DNA of 36,859 nt from a virus. Taxonomy: Duplodnaviria; Heunggongvirae; Uroviricota; Caudoviricetes. Under the pieces are notes generated by a model. That model searched no databases. It was not told the DNA's origin and worked only from the letters and a program-made list of their open reading frames with translations. The stretch is from IMG/VR virus record IMGVR_UViG_2541047855_000003; one strand, 5' to 3'. A program made the translations under genes and the position numbers. Every line of letters begins with the position of its first letter. The stretch's first letter is position 1. Positions 25,885 through 35,843 of the stretch are shown in pieces.

Positions 25885-28701
25885 TCAATCTTTATCGTAA
25901 AAACTGCCACGCCCGGCACGGGCGCGCCGTTCCATTTCTGCCCTGACCATTTCACCGACCAGTTTCGCTAGTTCGCGGGGATTCTGTGTAACAACGTTAT
26001 GCAGATGAACATGAATTTCACCGCCAAATCCGGAGGCAACAGGTTCCCGGTTACGGGAAGTTGCAGGAACTGATGCCACTGGCGATCGTATGGCCTCCGC
26101 CACCGGGCGGGAGCTGGCCGCAACAACAGGGACCAGCGCCGGAGGCAGCGGAGCCGGAACCACGGGTGTGATATTAATTGCGGTGGCAGGCTTACTGACC
26201 TGCACAATCTTCCGCTCCTGCCACTCCCCACGAACAACAAGTGCGCGGGGCAGGTTCTTAAAGACAATATCGCCGGGGCCAATGCGTTTTTTCGTCTCAT
26301 CAACCAGCTTACCTGTGTTATCAGCAATTTTGCTGAGTCTGCGTAGCGTCCCGGTATTGCTGTCTGTGAGCGGTTTATTGTCTTTGGGTTTATCACCTCC
26401 GGTGCCATTGCCATTTTCCACAGGCTTCGGCGGATTGATTTTCGCCAGGTCCCCCTGAAGCAAGGCAACCTTGTCCTGAAGAATGGCCGCACGCTGTGCG
26501 TCTTCGATTTTCTTTCTCGCCCTTTCCGCTTCATCCGGAAGAACACCGAGTTTTTCAAGTATCCACGCCAGCGTATCCAGCAACATTTTTGCAGGCGTCA
26601 GAACAAGCTGTAACGCGCCACCAAGAACGTTACCGAATATCTCGCCAGCACTGGTACATTTATCCAGCGTTTCCTTGCTGGACTCCATCGGTGACAGCAG
26701 CGATTTGAACCAGTTAAACACCTGGCTGATCCCGCTTCCGATTGCGTCAAAAACAGGACCAAACTGTTCAAAGGTTTCGCGCAACGGGATCAGCCTTTCC
26801 ATAATCCCGCTGAACACCCCGGCAAAAAATGCCCTGATGGGATCCCAGTATTTCGAGATAAGAACGGCAGCTCCGGCAAGCGCAGCCACGATAAGACCAA
26901 CCGGACTGAATAGCGCCCCGATAGCACCTCCCAGCAAAGAAACGGAACCCGTCACCATTCCCCATAGTGCTGGCAGGACCCTGACAGCATTCATTGATCC
27001 GGTCAGGAGAGAAAAACCAAGACGCAGTTTTGCCAGCGGGCCAGCAAGCACACCAATAGCCAGCGACAACGAGCCAACCGTTGCAGTCATTGCCAGCAAC
27101 GCACCGCCTGCTATCAGTAGCTGGCGCGTCAGTACCGGATGGGCCTGCGCCAGCGCCGTCACCCTTGATACCACCCACGTGAGCCACTGCGTGACAGAAC
27201 GCAGCGGACCGTCAATCAGATCTGCAATGCGGATGCGCAACCCTTCCCATGCACTGCCGAGTGATTTCAGATCGCCGTCAAGGTTGTTGGCCATAACCTT
27301 TGCTGTGCGTTCAGCCTCACCGCGCGCGCCTTCAAGTTCTTTTCTCAGTTTGGGTAAGGAACCGTCACCCGCTGCATCAACGAGCGCCATAAACGATGTG
27401 AAAGCCTCTTCTCCGGCAATGTCCTTAAAGAACGATACCCGGTCAACTTCCCCGTATTTGCGGGTGGCTTTATAAAGGTCAGCCAGCACATCCTCCATCG
27501 GGCGCATTTTGCCGTTCGCGTCAGAGACTGCCACACCAAGCTCTTTCAGCGCCTCTGCTGCTGCCTTTGGCGGTGATGCCAGACGAGCCAGGCTGGCACG
27601 CATTGCCGTCCCGGCATCACTCCCTCTGATACCCATATTCGCCAGCACGCCCGCCATCGCTGCGGCCTGCTCCAGCGATATTCCCAGCTTACCCGCCACC
27701 GGACCTGCATATTTCATGGTTTCACCCAGTGCGCGAAGGTCAGTGTTGGTACGGGTAAACGCTGCGGTGAGTGTGTCACCGACCCGGTCCATCTGGTCAG
27801 CAGAAAGGCCGAACTGCGTCAGGATATTTGAGCCAATATCTGCCGTCTCGCCGAGATCCATACCGCCAGCCGTTGCCATGCTCAGCACGCTGGGAAGCGC
27901 AGCCTGAATGGCCTGCGGAGTGAAGCCAGCCATTGCAAGAAATGCCTGTCCACTGGCGGCATCGCCTGCGGTAAACTGCGTTTCAGAGCCAAGTTTTAAC
28001 GCCTGCTCACGCAGCGCCTTAAACTGCGGGCTGTTCTGGTCGATTCGCGTCAGTGCCTGAACGCGGGACATCTCTTTGCCGAACCCGATCGCAGGCTGCA
28101 AAAAACGCCCCGCAGCATAGCCGCCCGCCGCTGCCGCACCAATTGCCAGCGCACCACCTGTTTTCAGTTTTCCCGCAGTTTCCTGCGCGCGCGAATACCG
28201 CTCACGCGCCCGCGTTACACGCGCAAGTGCCTGCCGTTCGCGTTCAAGCTGGTTGTTGTACTGTTCGGTGCGTCTGATGGCCTGCTGGATGGTGTTATCG
28301 CTGCCTGTCAGGGAAATGCCGTGGCGTTTCAGCTCTCCGCCAAGCTCCCGCATTTTCTGAATTTCCCGTGTGCGCGATTCATTCAGGCGTTCAAGCCGGG
28401 TGCTTAACTGCTGCATCAGCTTTTGTTGCTTTTCGCTGAGCACTGTACCCGTGCGTTGTAACTGATTAAGGGCGTTAAGCTGGCGTCGTGCTTTCACGAT
28501 ACCCGCATCCGCTTTACTGACAGCGTCGCGGGCGCGCTCAAATGAACGCGCCTGACGCTCGAGATTTTTGATCGCCCCCTGCGTTCGCTGGATGGAGTCA
28601 CCAAACTGCCCCATCAGGCGGCGGGCGTTTTCGGCAGGCCGGGTCAGCCTGTCAACGGCGCTGAAAGCGACCCGGATATCAAGAGTCTTCATTGTCTGCA
28701 T
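25885..28701 (-). CDS. T: Tail tape measure protein (gpT-like)
   Basis: About 940 aa, coiled-coil N-terminal half, Gly/Ala-rich hydrophobic C-terminal half; start ambiguous (28701, 28692 or 28728). Confidence 0.85.
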   Translation of the reverse strand: MQTMKTLDIRVAFSAVDRLTRPAENARRLMGQFGDSIQRTQGAIKNLERQARSFERARDAVSKADAGIVKARRQLNALNQLQRTGTVLSEKQQKLMQQLSTRLERLNESRTREIQKMRELGGELKRHGISLTGSDNTIQQAIRRTEQYNNQLERERQALARVTRARERYSRAQETAGKLKTGGALAIGAAAAGGYAAGRFLQPAIGFGKEMSRVQALTRIDQNSPQFKALREQALKLGSETQFTAGDAASGQAFLAMAGFTPQAIQAALPSVLSMATAGGMDLGETADIGSNILTQFGLSADQMDRVGDTLTAAFTRTNTDLRALGETMKYAGPVAGKLGISLEQAAAMAGVLANMGIRGSDAGTAMRASLARLASPPKAAAEALKELGVAVSDANGKMRPMEDVLADLYKATRKYGEVDRVSFFKDIAGEEAFTSFMALVDAAGDGSLPKLRKELEGARGEAERTAKVMANNLDGDLKSLGSAWEGLRIRIADLIDGPLRSVTQWLTWVVSRVTALAQAHPVLTRQLLIAGGALLAMTATVGSLSLAIGVLAGPLAKLRLGFSLLTGSMNAVRVLPALWGMVTGSVSLLGGAIGALFSPVGLIVAALAGAAVLISKYWDPIRAFFAGVFSGIMERLIPLRETFEQFGPVFDAIGSGISQVFNWFKSLLSPMESSKETLDKCTSAGEIFGNVLGGALQLVLTPAKMLLDTLAWILEKLGVLPDEAERARKKIEDAQRAAILQDKVALLQGDLAKINPPKPVENGNGTGGDKPKDNKPLTDSNTGTLRRLSKIADNTGKLVDETKKRIGPGDIVFKNLPRALVVRGEWQERKIVQVSKPATAINITPVVPAPLPPALVPVVAASSRPVAEAIRSPVASVPATSRNREPVASGFGGEIHVHLHNVVTQNPRELAKLVGEMVRAEMERRARAGRGSFYDKD

Positions 28702-29208
28702 TCCCGCTGCGAAGTGCCGCCCGCTCACGCCAGCTAACCACTTCGCCGGGCGTCATCATGAAGATTTCGGCGGGCGACCAGTTAAAAATAACGGCAATAT
28801 CTGCCACAAAGTCTTCTATGTGCTCAAAGCACACAACCGTGATCAGGCTTCCGTCGCCTGTTCGTTCTTCCCGCCAGAGTCCGCACCGCTCAAAAAATTT
28901 ACGGCAACCACACATAACTGAATAAAGTCACGGGATGCCATTTTTTTGATCGTCACTTCATCCAGTCGCGGTGATGTCACGCGTGACAGCAGCGTAAACA
29001 TGGATTCCGCTTTCAGATTCAGCACATCAGACAGCGACAAATCTCGCAGAGATCCAGCCTGCTCAATAGCTCCGGTGATCTCCACATACGTGATTTTTTC
29101 GCCGCCTCGCTCAATTGGTTGGGTAAGTTTTACGCCACGCTCACTGGTTTCTTTCACAGTGTCAGCAACGACCGTGTTTTCGGTATCGATGTTTTTCGTC
29201 TCTTTCAT
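28679..29208 (-). CDS. E+E' fusion produced by programmed -1 ribosomal frameshift
   Basis: Slippery T TTT TTG on the minus strand (+ coordinates 28891-28897); the -1 frame continues ...FFERCGLWREERTG... to a stop at 28679, overlapping the start of T. Confidence 0.65.
28843..29208 (-). CDS. E: Tail assembly chaperone E (gpE-like)
   Basis: 121 aa; AAGGAG RBS upstream of ATG 29208; carries the slippery heptamer near its 3' end. Confidence 0.8.
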   Translation of the reverse strand: MKETKNIDTENTVVADTVKETSERGVKLTQPIERGGEKITYVEITGAIEQAGSLRDLSLSDVLNLKAESMFTLLSRVTSPRLDEVTIKKMASRDFIQLCVVAVNFLSGADSGGKNEQATEA

Positions 29209-29262
29209 CAGGAAACTCCTTTCAGTCAGAGGCGACGCACTGCGCCGCCTGCATATTACTTA

Positions 29263-29775
29263 TCAGCCAAGCCCGAGCGCAGAACGGATGCGATCGGGCA
29301 CAATGTCCTTGCCGTCCTTCCGGTAAATGAAGTTCAGCAGGTCAATCTCCCACAACGGGCGATCGTTAACACTCAGCTTGTAGTAGGTGTTTTTAATGGC
29401 GTAAGTGTGTGATGTGGCTTCGCCCTGTTTGGCTTCCCCCATATCAATTTCCGTCACACGTCCGCGCATTTCGACTTCATACAGGTCGCTTTCTGCATCG
29501 GTGTAATATTCACCCGCAAAACGCAGCAGCGTGCCGTCAATCGTGCCGCCATACTTAAGGAACAGCTCACGAACTGCGCCCCCCATGACAAAGCTCGCAT
29601 CAAGCGCGGAGTCGTCCAGACCGAGATCAATACTTACCGCACCCATCATGCCACCACCCCGGTAGCTGTCGGTTTTGCGCGTCAGCTTAGGCAGAGTGAC
29701 GGACGTCACCTTACCCACTTCGTTTTCACCATCCACAAACAGCGTAAAAAAGCGAAGATGTTTTGGCACAGCCAT
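29263..29775 (-). CDS. FII: Tail tube protein (gpFII-like)
   Basis: Motifs TLPKLTRK, YRGGGMMG, DLGLDDSALD resemble gpFII. Confidence 0.9.
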   Translation of the reverse strand: MAVPKHLRFFTLFVDGENEVGKVTSVTLPKLTRKTDSYRGGGMMGAVSIDLGLDDSALDASFVMGGAVRELFLKYGGTIDGTLLRFAGEYYTDAESDLYEVEMRGRVTEIDMGEAKQGEATSHTYAIKNTYYKLSVNDRPLWEIDLLNFIYRKDGKDIVPDRIRSALGLG

Positions 29776-30959
29776 CAGGCACCTCCCAGCACCGCAAATG
29801 CGGGTTCAAAGTATTCATCAGTAAACGTCTGGTAAAGCTCCATGTCTTCCAGTGGCGGAACGGGCGTATATTTGTAGCGAATACGCACACGTCCCTGACG
29901 TAAATCCGTGGTGCTGTTATCCACCACGTCATACCAGCACTCCGCGCCAATCAGTTTCCCGGCAGTAACCAGTGAATCCAGTTTTGCCCTGATGGCACTG
30001 ATAACATCCTTCACGTTCGCAGGCGTCAGTGGACTGTCGATGGTTTCAAACTGCGCTTCCGCAATTGAATCAGCCAGCACCTGTGCGGTTCGGGTATACA
30101 CCTCAAAGATGTAGGCGTTCGTTTCCGGTGTGCGGTTGCCCCAGAAGCGGAACCCGTTGCGACGAATAATGGTCGTGATTTCTTTGTTGTTAAGGCTGTT
30201 GGCATCACTGTCTTCGGCCTGCAACGACCAGAAAACATGCCTCGACATCCCCAGCACATTTTTAACCGGAACGTTGGACAGCGATTTGTGCCATCCCTGC
30301 TCATGGTCAATGTACGCACGAAGGCCGCACGCATAGGCAGGCGCGGGGAACGTTTCGTTTTTGCCACTTTTCGGGTTGTAGGCGATGAAGTCCGGCCATA
30401 AGAGCATCACCTCACGTTCGTTGAATTTCTGGCGGTAGGTAATCGCCGCAGCCATCGTGTTACAGCCGTGACATGAGGCATACACAAACGCGCGCAGTTT
30501 ACCTGCAATCACGCACAGGGATTTTGTTACAGCCTCCGTGTCCAGCTCCGGCGCGGCCAGAATACGCGGACGGTATCCGATGCTTTCATCCTGCTCTGCA
30601 ACAAGCAGCGCATACATCCCCGTATAGCTGCCGTCATCCTCAGAACCACCGATAACCAGTTGATCCTGCGTCTTTCCGTCTTCTTCTTTGTGTTCAGCCA
30701 CGCGAACGACGATCACCTTTGTGCTCACCTGGTCTGCGATGGCCTTAAGCGCACGATAAAGCGTCCCCGTTGTCCCGCATTTTCCCAGCACGTCATTGAC
30801 GCGGGTCAGCAGTGTGGGCTTGTTCAGCGGGAACAGCTTCGCGTCCGCATCATCCGCCGTTGCCACGATACCGATAACGCTGGAATCAACATCGTTAATC
30901 GCTGTTACCAGGTCGGTATTTTCCGTAACACGGGCACCATGAAAACGAGTTTCACTCAT
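29775..30959 (-). CDS. FI: Contractile tail sheath protein (gpFI-like)
   Basis: 394 aa; FPLNKPTLLT and LKAIADQ motifs resemble gpFI. Confidence 0.9.
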   Translation of the reverse strand: MSETRFHGARVTENTDLVTAINDVDSSVIGIVATADDADAKLFPLNKPTLLTRVNDVLGKCGTTGTLYRALKAIADQVSTKVIVVRVAEHKEEDGKTQDQLVIGGSEDDGSYTGMYALLVAEQDESIGYRPRILAAPELDTEAVTKSLCVIAGKLRAFVYASCHGCNTMAAAITYRQKFNEREVMLLWPDFIAYNPKSGKNETFPAPAYACGLRAYIDHEQGWHKSLSNVPVKNVLGMSRHVFWSLQAEDSDANSLNNKEITTIIRRNGFRFWGNRTPETNAYIFEVYTRTAQVLADSIAEAQFETIDSPLTPANVKDVISAIRAKLDSLVTAGKLIGAECWYDVVDNSTTDLRQGRVRIRYKYTPVPPLEDMELYQTFTDEYFEPAFAVLGGA

Positions 30960-31116
30960 AGCTTCAGCCCCTTGTATCCGTTAAATGATTCGGCAACAAT
31001 CATCACCCACCACGCGCGTAATCTCACCCCTGCGCCGTTCTCCCGCCACGGCGACAACAAAAAGCAGTAACCCCCTACGCACGCACATGCGACCATGCCG
31101 CACAGGGAGGGAACAG

Positions 31117-32226
31117 ATGACCGATACCACCATGCAATTGCTCAGTCAGAGCACAGACCCCGTGAAAATGCCGGATTTTGATATTCTCGCGGAGGGGGAA
31201 ACACTGTCCGGCGTGGCAGAGCGCCTGATGAGCCTGTCACTGACCGACAACCGGGGATTTGAAGCGGACCAGCTCACCATCACGCTGGATGATGCGGATG
31301 GTCAGTTGCAGCTACCGCCACGGGGCGTGCGCCTGACGGTTCTCATTGGCTGGAAAGGAGAACCGCTGACAGAAAAAGGCACTTACATTGTTGATGAAAT
31401 CGCTCACGAAGGACCGCCGGACAGGCTGACGGTTTCAGCCAGAAGCGCAGATTTTCGGGATGAATTTAACGTTAAACGTGAGGTGTCCTGGCATGATGTG
31501 ACCGTTGAGCGCGTGGTATCCGCCATCGCTCATCGGTATGGTCTGAAACCGCAAATCAGCGAAATGCTGATGGATATAGAAATCGACCACGCCGACCAGA
31601 CCGAAGAAAGCGACATGTCCTTTCTTACGCGCATGGCGGAAATGCTGGGCGCAATCACCACAGTAAAAAGCGGTAATCTGTTATTCATCATGCCCGGTGG
31701 TGGCGTGAACGCACAGGGCCAGCCGTTGCCATCGTTCGCCATCACACGCAGCAGCGGCGATCGCCATCAGTTCCGCATTGCTGACCGCGAGGCGTATACG
31801 GGTGTACGCGCCTACTGGCTTGATCTTAATTACGGGAAAAAGAAAAAAGTCAGCGTGAAACGCCGCAAACCGCAAAAACCCAAAAAGGAGAAAAGCAGCA
31901 GCCGTGAAGGTGATTATATGGAAGGCGCGGAAGGCAACGTGTTTGTGTTACGCAAGACTTATCAGAACGAGCAGGCAGCAAGACGCGCAGCGGCGGCAAA
32001 GTGGCAGCAGCTACAACGCGGAGCCGCAGCGTTCTCCATCACACTGGCACGTGGACGCGCAGAACTCTACCCCGAAATGCATGGCACGGTAACAGGATTT
32101 AAAAGCGAAATTGATAATCAGGACTGGATTATTGCAAAAGCCGAGCACACCATTGATAACAGCGGCTTTACCACGCAGCTTGAACTTGAGGCAAAAATCC
32201 CGGAATGGATAGCAGAAACAGCTTGA
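31117..32226 (+). CDS. D: Tail protein D (late control gene D-like)
   Basis: ATG 31117 with GGGAGG RBS; about 370 aa with lysine-rich internal stretch; position before ogr. Confidence 0.8.
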   Translation: MTDTTMQLLSQSTDPVKMPDFDILAEGETLSGVAERLMSLSLTDNRGFEADQLTITLDDADGQLQLPPRGVRLTVLIGWKGEPLTEKGTYIVDEIAHEGPPDRLTVSARSADFRDEFNVKREVSWHDVTVERVVSAIAHRYGLKPQISEMLMDIEIDHADQTEESDMSFLTRMAEMLGAITTVKSGNLLFIMPGGGVNAQGQPLPSFAITRSSGDRHQFRIADREAYTGVRAYWLDLNYGKKKKVSVKRRKPQKPKKEKSSSREGDYMEGAEGNVFVLRKTYQNEQAARRAAAAKWQQLQRGAAAFSITLARGRAELYPEMHGTVTGFKSEIDNQDWIIAKAEHTIDNSGFTTQLELEAKIPEWIAETA

Positions 32227-32271
32227 TCAGCTAAGATGTATTGCACGCCTACCCCCTTCAGTTTTCTGACT

Positions 32272-32296
32272 GTCCGCTCTGTGCCAAGAGCGGACA
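32272..32296. terminator. Hairpin between convergent D (+) and herA-like (-) genes
   Basis: Stem GTCCGCTC (32272-32279) / GAGCGGAC (32289-32296), A/T-rich flank. Confidence 0.45.
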
Positions 32297-32394
32297 TATA
32301 TAATTTCGTACTGTATCAATCGAAAGGAATCAGCTCCTTCCTATCTCAAATATGAGACACTGCTTATAGCACCACTGGAAATTGGTTAAACATC

Positions 32395-34428
32395 TCAACT
32401 TTGCCAATCATCAGCTATCTGTTGCCAATTAACTTTCCGAGGTTCTTTTGTAGTGCTAGACCACACATCCCAAAAATCAGGATCATCAGATTGCGGTCGT
32501 TGTTTTTCAGTAAGCTCTTTCATTCTAACTAAAACAGGAAGTTCTGAAGCCCATCCAAGTAAAATAGCATGCCTAGATGGTAACGATGGCAGCTCTCTCA
32601 ACAGCCCTCTCATATTATCTGGAACAAGTCTATGTACTTGCTCTTGATCTCTATCATTACTAATCCTGTGCAACAAAAAAGTATTACATTGAGATAAAAC
32701 CGTCGGAGATAGCTCTGATGGCCTTTGGGAAGAAACAACAAGGCCTAGCCCAAACTTTCTTCCTTCCCGTGCAATCTTTTCAAACACCTTGCAACATATA
32801 TCAGAGACTGACTGAGTTTCACTATCTTCCTTGTAACGTTTAATAAACGTATGCGCTTCTTCTGCAACTAAAACTGTTGGTAGCGGCCTTCCATTTAATC
32901 TTCGATAACGTTGTAGTGCTTCAAAAGCCACCCTAGAAATTACAGCTGTTACCAAATGAATTATTTCATTTGGTACTAGAGATAAATCTATAACAGTTAT
33001 AGATCCTTGTTCATTTTTACCGAGAAAAGTGTCTAACCAATTAGTTAAACTTATAGGCTTTACAGAATCATTGGTTACTGCACTAATACGAGTGTCACCT
33101 AGCATTGTTCGAATACGAGTCAAAAGAAACTCAACGAATTGTTCTGTACCTGTTTCTTGAGCCAGAGCTTCGAGATATGCGACAAAATCATCGCCTTTAA
33201 AACGCATAGGCGCATCTTCGCTTTTTGGAAGAAGTTCTTGTTCATCTCCCCCTAGAGCTGTATATGCATCTCTGAATCCATTAATCAACAACTCAATCTC
33301 GGAAACAACAGGCTTTGCTGGCCAAGAAGATCCACTTCGTGAAGAAAGATACGTATTTATTGTGTTTATTAGCTTATCGAGCGATTTATCAACAATTCTC
33401 TCGTTTAAGATAGAAATACTATCTCTCCAAGAACCCAAAGTTTCAACCAAACCTTTAGCAGATCCACTATTCACATATATCTGACCTTGACTTGCCTGCT
33501 GTCTCATAGATACAAGAAGGATACCGCAAAAGCGTTTGGCTTGAATTTTCACATCATCTTCTGATAGAAGATTATTCCTCATTGCCCTCAAAGCACGACG
33601 TAGTAAAGGAAGTTGCACCTTTGAACTTGCTTGAGTGAAAGCAGCCCACTCAGAACTATTCCATAACCATGAAGGTACTTTAAGATCCATCTCTCCGACA
33701 TCGATGTTAGCCTCTACACGTAATAGTTTACCCTTATATCTTGATTCTGGCCCTAAAGCTCTACTATATTCTCCGTTCGGATCAAGTATTATAAATCGAG
33801 CATTTGGAGATTTTCCCTGTTGTAAAACAGCATCAAGAGACCATTGAATTAAGCCGGCCACCGAACATGATTTACCACTACCCGTATTACCTAAAACAGC
33901 TATATGTCGTCCGAAAAGTCTATCGGGGTCTACTTTTATTTCAGCATTGTTAGCTAGGGGGCTATCCCCTATTTTTACCCTTCTATTATCACCTGATTCA
34001 ATTATTGATTGTAATTGTCGGTCAGTAGGCAAAAGCACAGAGTCACCAACCGAAGGGAAAGCATCAGTTCCTCTCGTGAACCTGAAACCTTCGTTTTTTC
34101 TATCAACTCTCAATGTACCAACTGGATTGATACTAAGCTTTTTAAGTGGGAAAGGAAGGTCTATCAACCCAAAATCTTGTAAGCCTCTTCTTTTGGGATA
34201 TGGCGAGTTTTCTATTGCAATCCACTCAACTTGCCCAACAAGAAACCCGTCATCACTACGGATTAAAATATAACTATTTATTCTAGGAAAATTACGAGGC
34301 GCCCCACCTTGAAGTGATACTGAATCAGGAGAATCAATCTCTAAAGACACCCTAATTTCATTAGGTGATACAAACTCAACAGTTCCAATTCTTAGTTGTT
34401 CTATTTTTTCTATTGGTAAATAACTCAT
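32395..34428 (-). CDS. herA: HerA-like P-loop ATPase (SIR2-HerA defence pair, ATPase component)
   Basis: Walker A GNTGSGKS (about nt 33868-33891), Walker B VLVAEEAH, SQRP motif; N-terminal beta-rich region; start at M3 (34428, GAGGT 6 nt upstream) or 34434; overlaps the upstream gene stop by 4 nt. Confidence 0.8.
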   Translation of the reverse strand: MSYLPIEKIEQLRIGTVEFVSPNEIRVSLEIDSPDSVSLQGGAPRNFPRINSYILIRSDDGFLVGQVEWIAIENSPYPKRRGLQDFGLIDLPFPLKKLSINPVGTLRVDRKNEGFRFTRGTDAFPSVGDSVLLPTDRQLQSIIESGDNRRVKIGDSPLANNAEIKVDPDRLFGRHIAVLGNTGSGKSCSVAGLIQWSLDAVLQQGKSPNARFIILDPNGEYSRALGPESRYKGKLLRVEANIDVGEMDLKVPSWLWNSSEWAAFTQASSKVQLPLLRRALRAMRNNLLSEDDVKIQAKRFCGILLVSMRQQASQGQIYVNSGSAKGLVETLGSWRDSISILNERIVDKSLDKLINTINTYLSSRSGSSWPAKPVVSEIELLINGFRDAYTALGGDEQELLPKSEDAPMRFKGDDFVAYLEALAQETGTEQFVEFLLTRIRTMLGDTRISAVTNDSVKPISLTNWLDTFLGKNEQGSITVIDLSLVPNEIIHLVTAVISRVAFEALQRYRRLNGRPLPTVLVAEEAHTFIKRYKEDSETQSVSDICCKVFEKIAREGRKFGLGLVVSSQRPSELSPTVLSQCNTFLLHRISNDRDQEQVHRLVPDNMRGLLRELPSLPSRHAILLGWASELPVLVRMKELTEKQRPQSDDPDFWDVWSSTTKEPRKVNWQQIADDWQS

Positions 34429-34430
34429 TG

Positions 34431-35843
34431 TCATACCTCAACTTCGGCTGAATTACCTAACTCTTTGAACTGCATAAAGCCTCTTTGTTTGAGCAACTCT
34501 GCCATCTTGATTGATGCTTTATCAATAGCTGGTTTAGGTAAATAGTTATCAACTAAAGTTTTGAAGTCTCCTAAATGATCTCCCATCAAAAGGGTAATCT
34601 GTGCTTTTCTTCCACTATTACTAATGAAACGCATAATTCTGCCAAGTGGATCGCCAAAGGCTATTATTACTATATGAGTGGAAGGTACCGTAAGCATGTC
34701 TTCAATTACTCTATTGATATGCTCATCACCAAAGCTATAACCATAAGTGACTAATGTGCTATTTGGACGGCTAGTTGCTGCTGCCAGATCTCGAAATAGC
34801 TCAACATAAGGATACTCGGCTGTTTCTCTGTCTTTTACTGAATTAGGGTAAATCATCAGTTTTTCATAGCCATTGCTTTGATGACCTTCGGCTTCCAAAA
34901 ACGGCTCAACAGAACGTGCTCCAAAGGGTAAGCCAAAGCGCCTAATCGCATTATTTTGTTCATGCCAATCAAGGGAACCATGAAGTTTAGTAAAACGTGC
35001 CACGCCCTCCAAGTATCTTGGTTCACCACGGATTCCAGGAGGATTATAATGATAATCAACTTCTAATCTTGAGGATCGAAATACTGGAGCAATACTTCCT
35101 ACAAAGCGATCAATAAGTCTTAAACCAGCAAGCTCAGCACCCACTTCAATAATACGGTCATAATTTGTTGTAAAGATATGTAGCCTATCGCGAGTGGCAG
35201 TTCTACTTGCAAAGCTCATCAAAAAACTAACTAGATAGTTGAAAGTTTCCTCTTTCCGGGCTGGTTCAGCAGTTTTGATTAAATATTCTCCTTTAATTAT
35301 AGATTTAGAAAACTCCCCCAAGCATCTAGAAAGCTCGCCTTTGAGCTCGCCCAAGTCTGCTTTTAAGTTTCTATAAGCAGAATAAGGAGGTGGCGGATTT
35401 TCTGGTTGAGGAGTATTTAACACCGTTAAAATTTCGAGACCTTTAATAAGTTCATTGATAGTTCTAATTTGATCTTCTATATTTCCTCTATCGCGACCTG
35501 CAGCTTTTGCAGCCTGAGTGGAAAATTCATCTATTTCGCTTTTACATACTTTTAAATCATTAATCCACCCCATCCCTACTGGAGATAAACCTGTAGCTGA
35601 TTTTTGAATAGCCGAGCTTAAGCCTGCACCGATTAATAAATTTAAATGCTCTGATTGGAAGAGAGCTGTTAGCCAGGGCTCAATATTTTGGCGCAATTTC
35701 TCAATTGATATTTCTGCCCCCTGTTCTCCCCATACACAGTTCTTCGAGAGGATAAAAGGATGAGAATCAGCATGCTCGCCAGAATTAGATGATAGATCAA
35801 TAATTTCTGATATACTGCCAACTTTTATATGTTGAATACTCAT
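34431..35843 (-). CDS. sir2: SIR2-family (sirtuin-like NADase fold) protein, partner of HerA
   Basis: SIR2-type motifs in order: LLIGAGLS, TTNYD, KLHGSLDW; likely start at 35843 (MSIQHIK); AT-rich codon usage. Confidence 0.8.
   Translation of the reverse strand: MSIQHIKVGSISEIIDLSSNSGEHADSHPFILSKNCVWGEQGAEISIEKLRQNIEPWLTALFQSEHLNLLIGAGLSSAIQKSATGLSPVGMGWINDLKVCKSEIDEFSTQAAKAAGRDRGNIEDQIRTINELIKGLEILTVLNTPQPENPPPPYSAYRNLKADLGELKGELSRCLGEFSKSIIKGEYLIKTAEPARKEETFNYLVSFLMSFASRTATRDRLHIFTTNYDRIIEVGAELAGLRLIDRFVGSIAPVFRSSRLEVDYHYNPPGIRGEPRYLEGVARFTKLHGSLDWHEQNNAIRRFGLPFGARSVEPFLEAEGHQSNGYEKLMIYPNSVKDRETAEYPYVELFRDLAAATSRPNSTLVTYGYSFGDEHINRVIEDMLTVPSTHIVIIAFGDPLGRIMRFISNSGRKAQITLLMGDHLGDFKTLVDNYLPKPAIDKASIKMAELLKQRGFMQFKELGNSAEVEV

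Noticed and set aside
26483-27475. 330-aa ORF on the + strand (and other ORFs at 26090-26458, 27509-27907, 25968-26558)
   Set aside because: All lie inside or antisense to the tape measure gene T; Ser/Ala/Pro-rich low-complexity translations typical of shadow frames.
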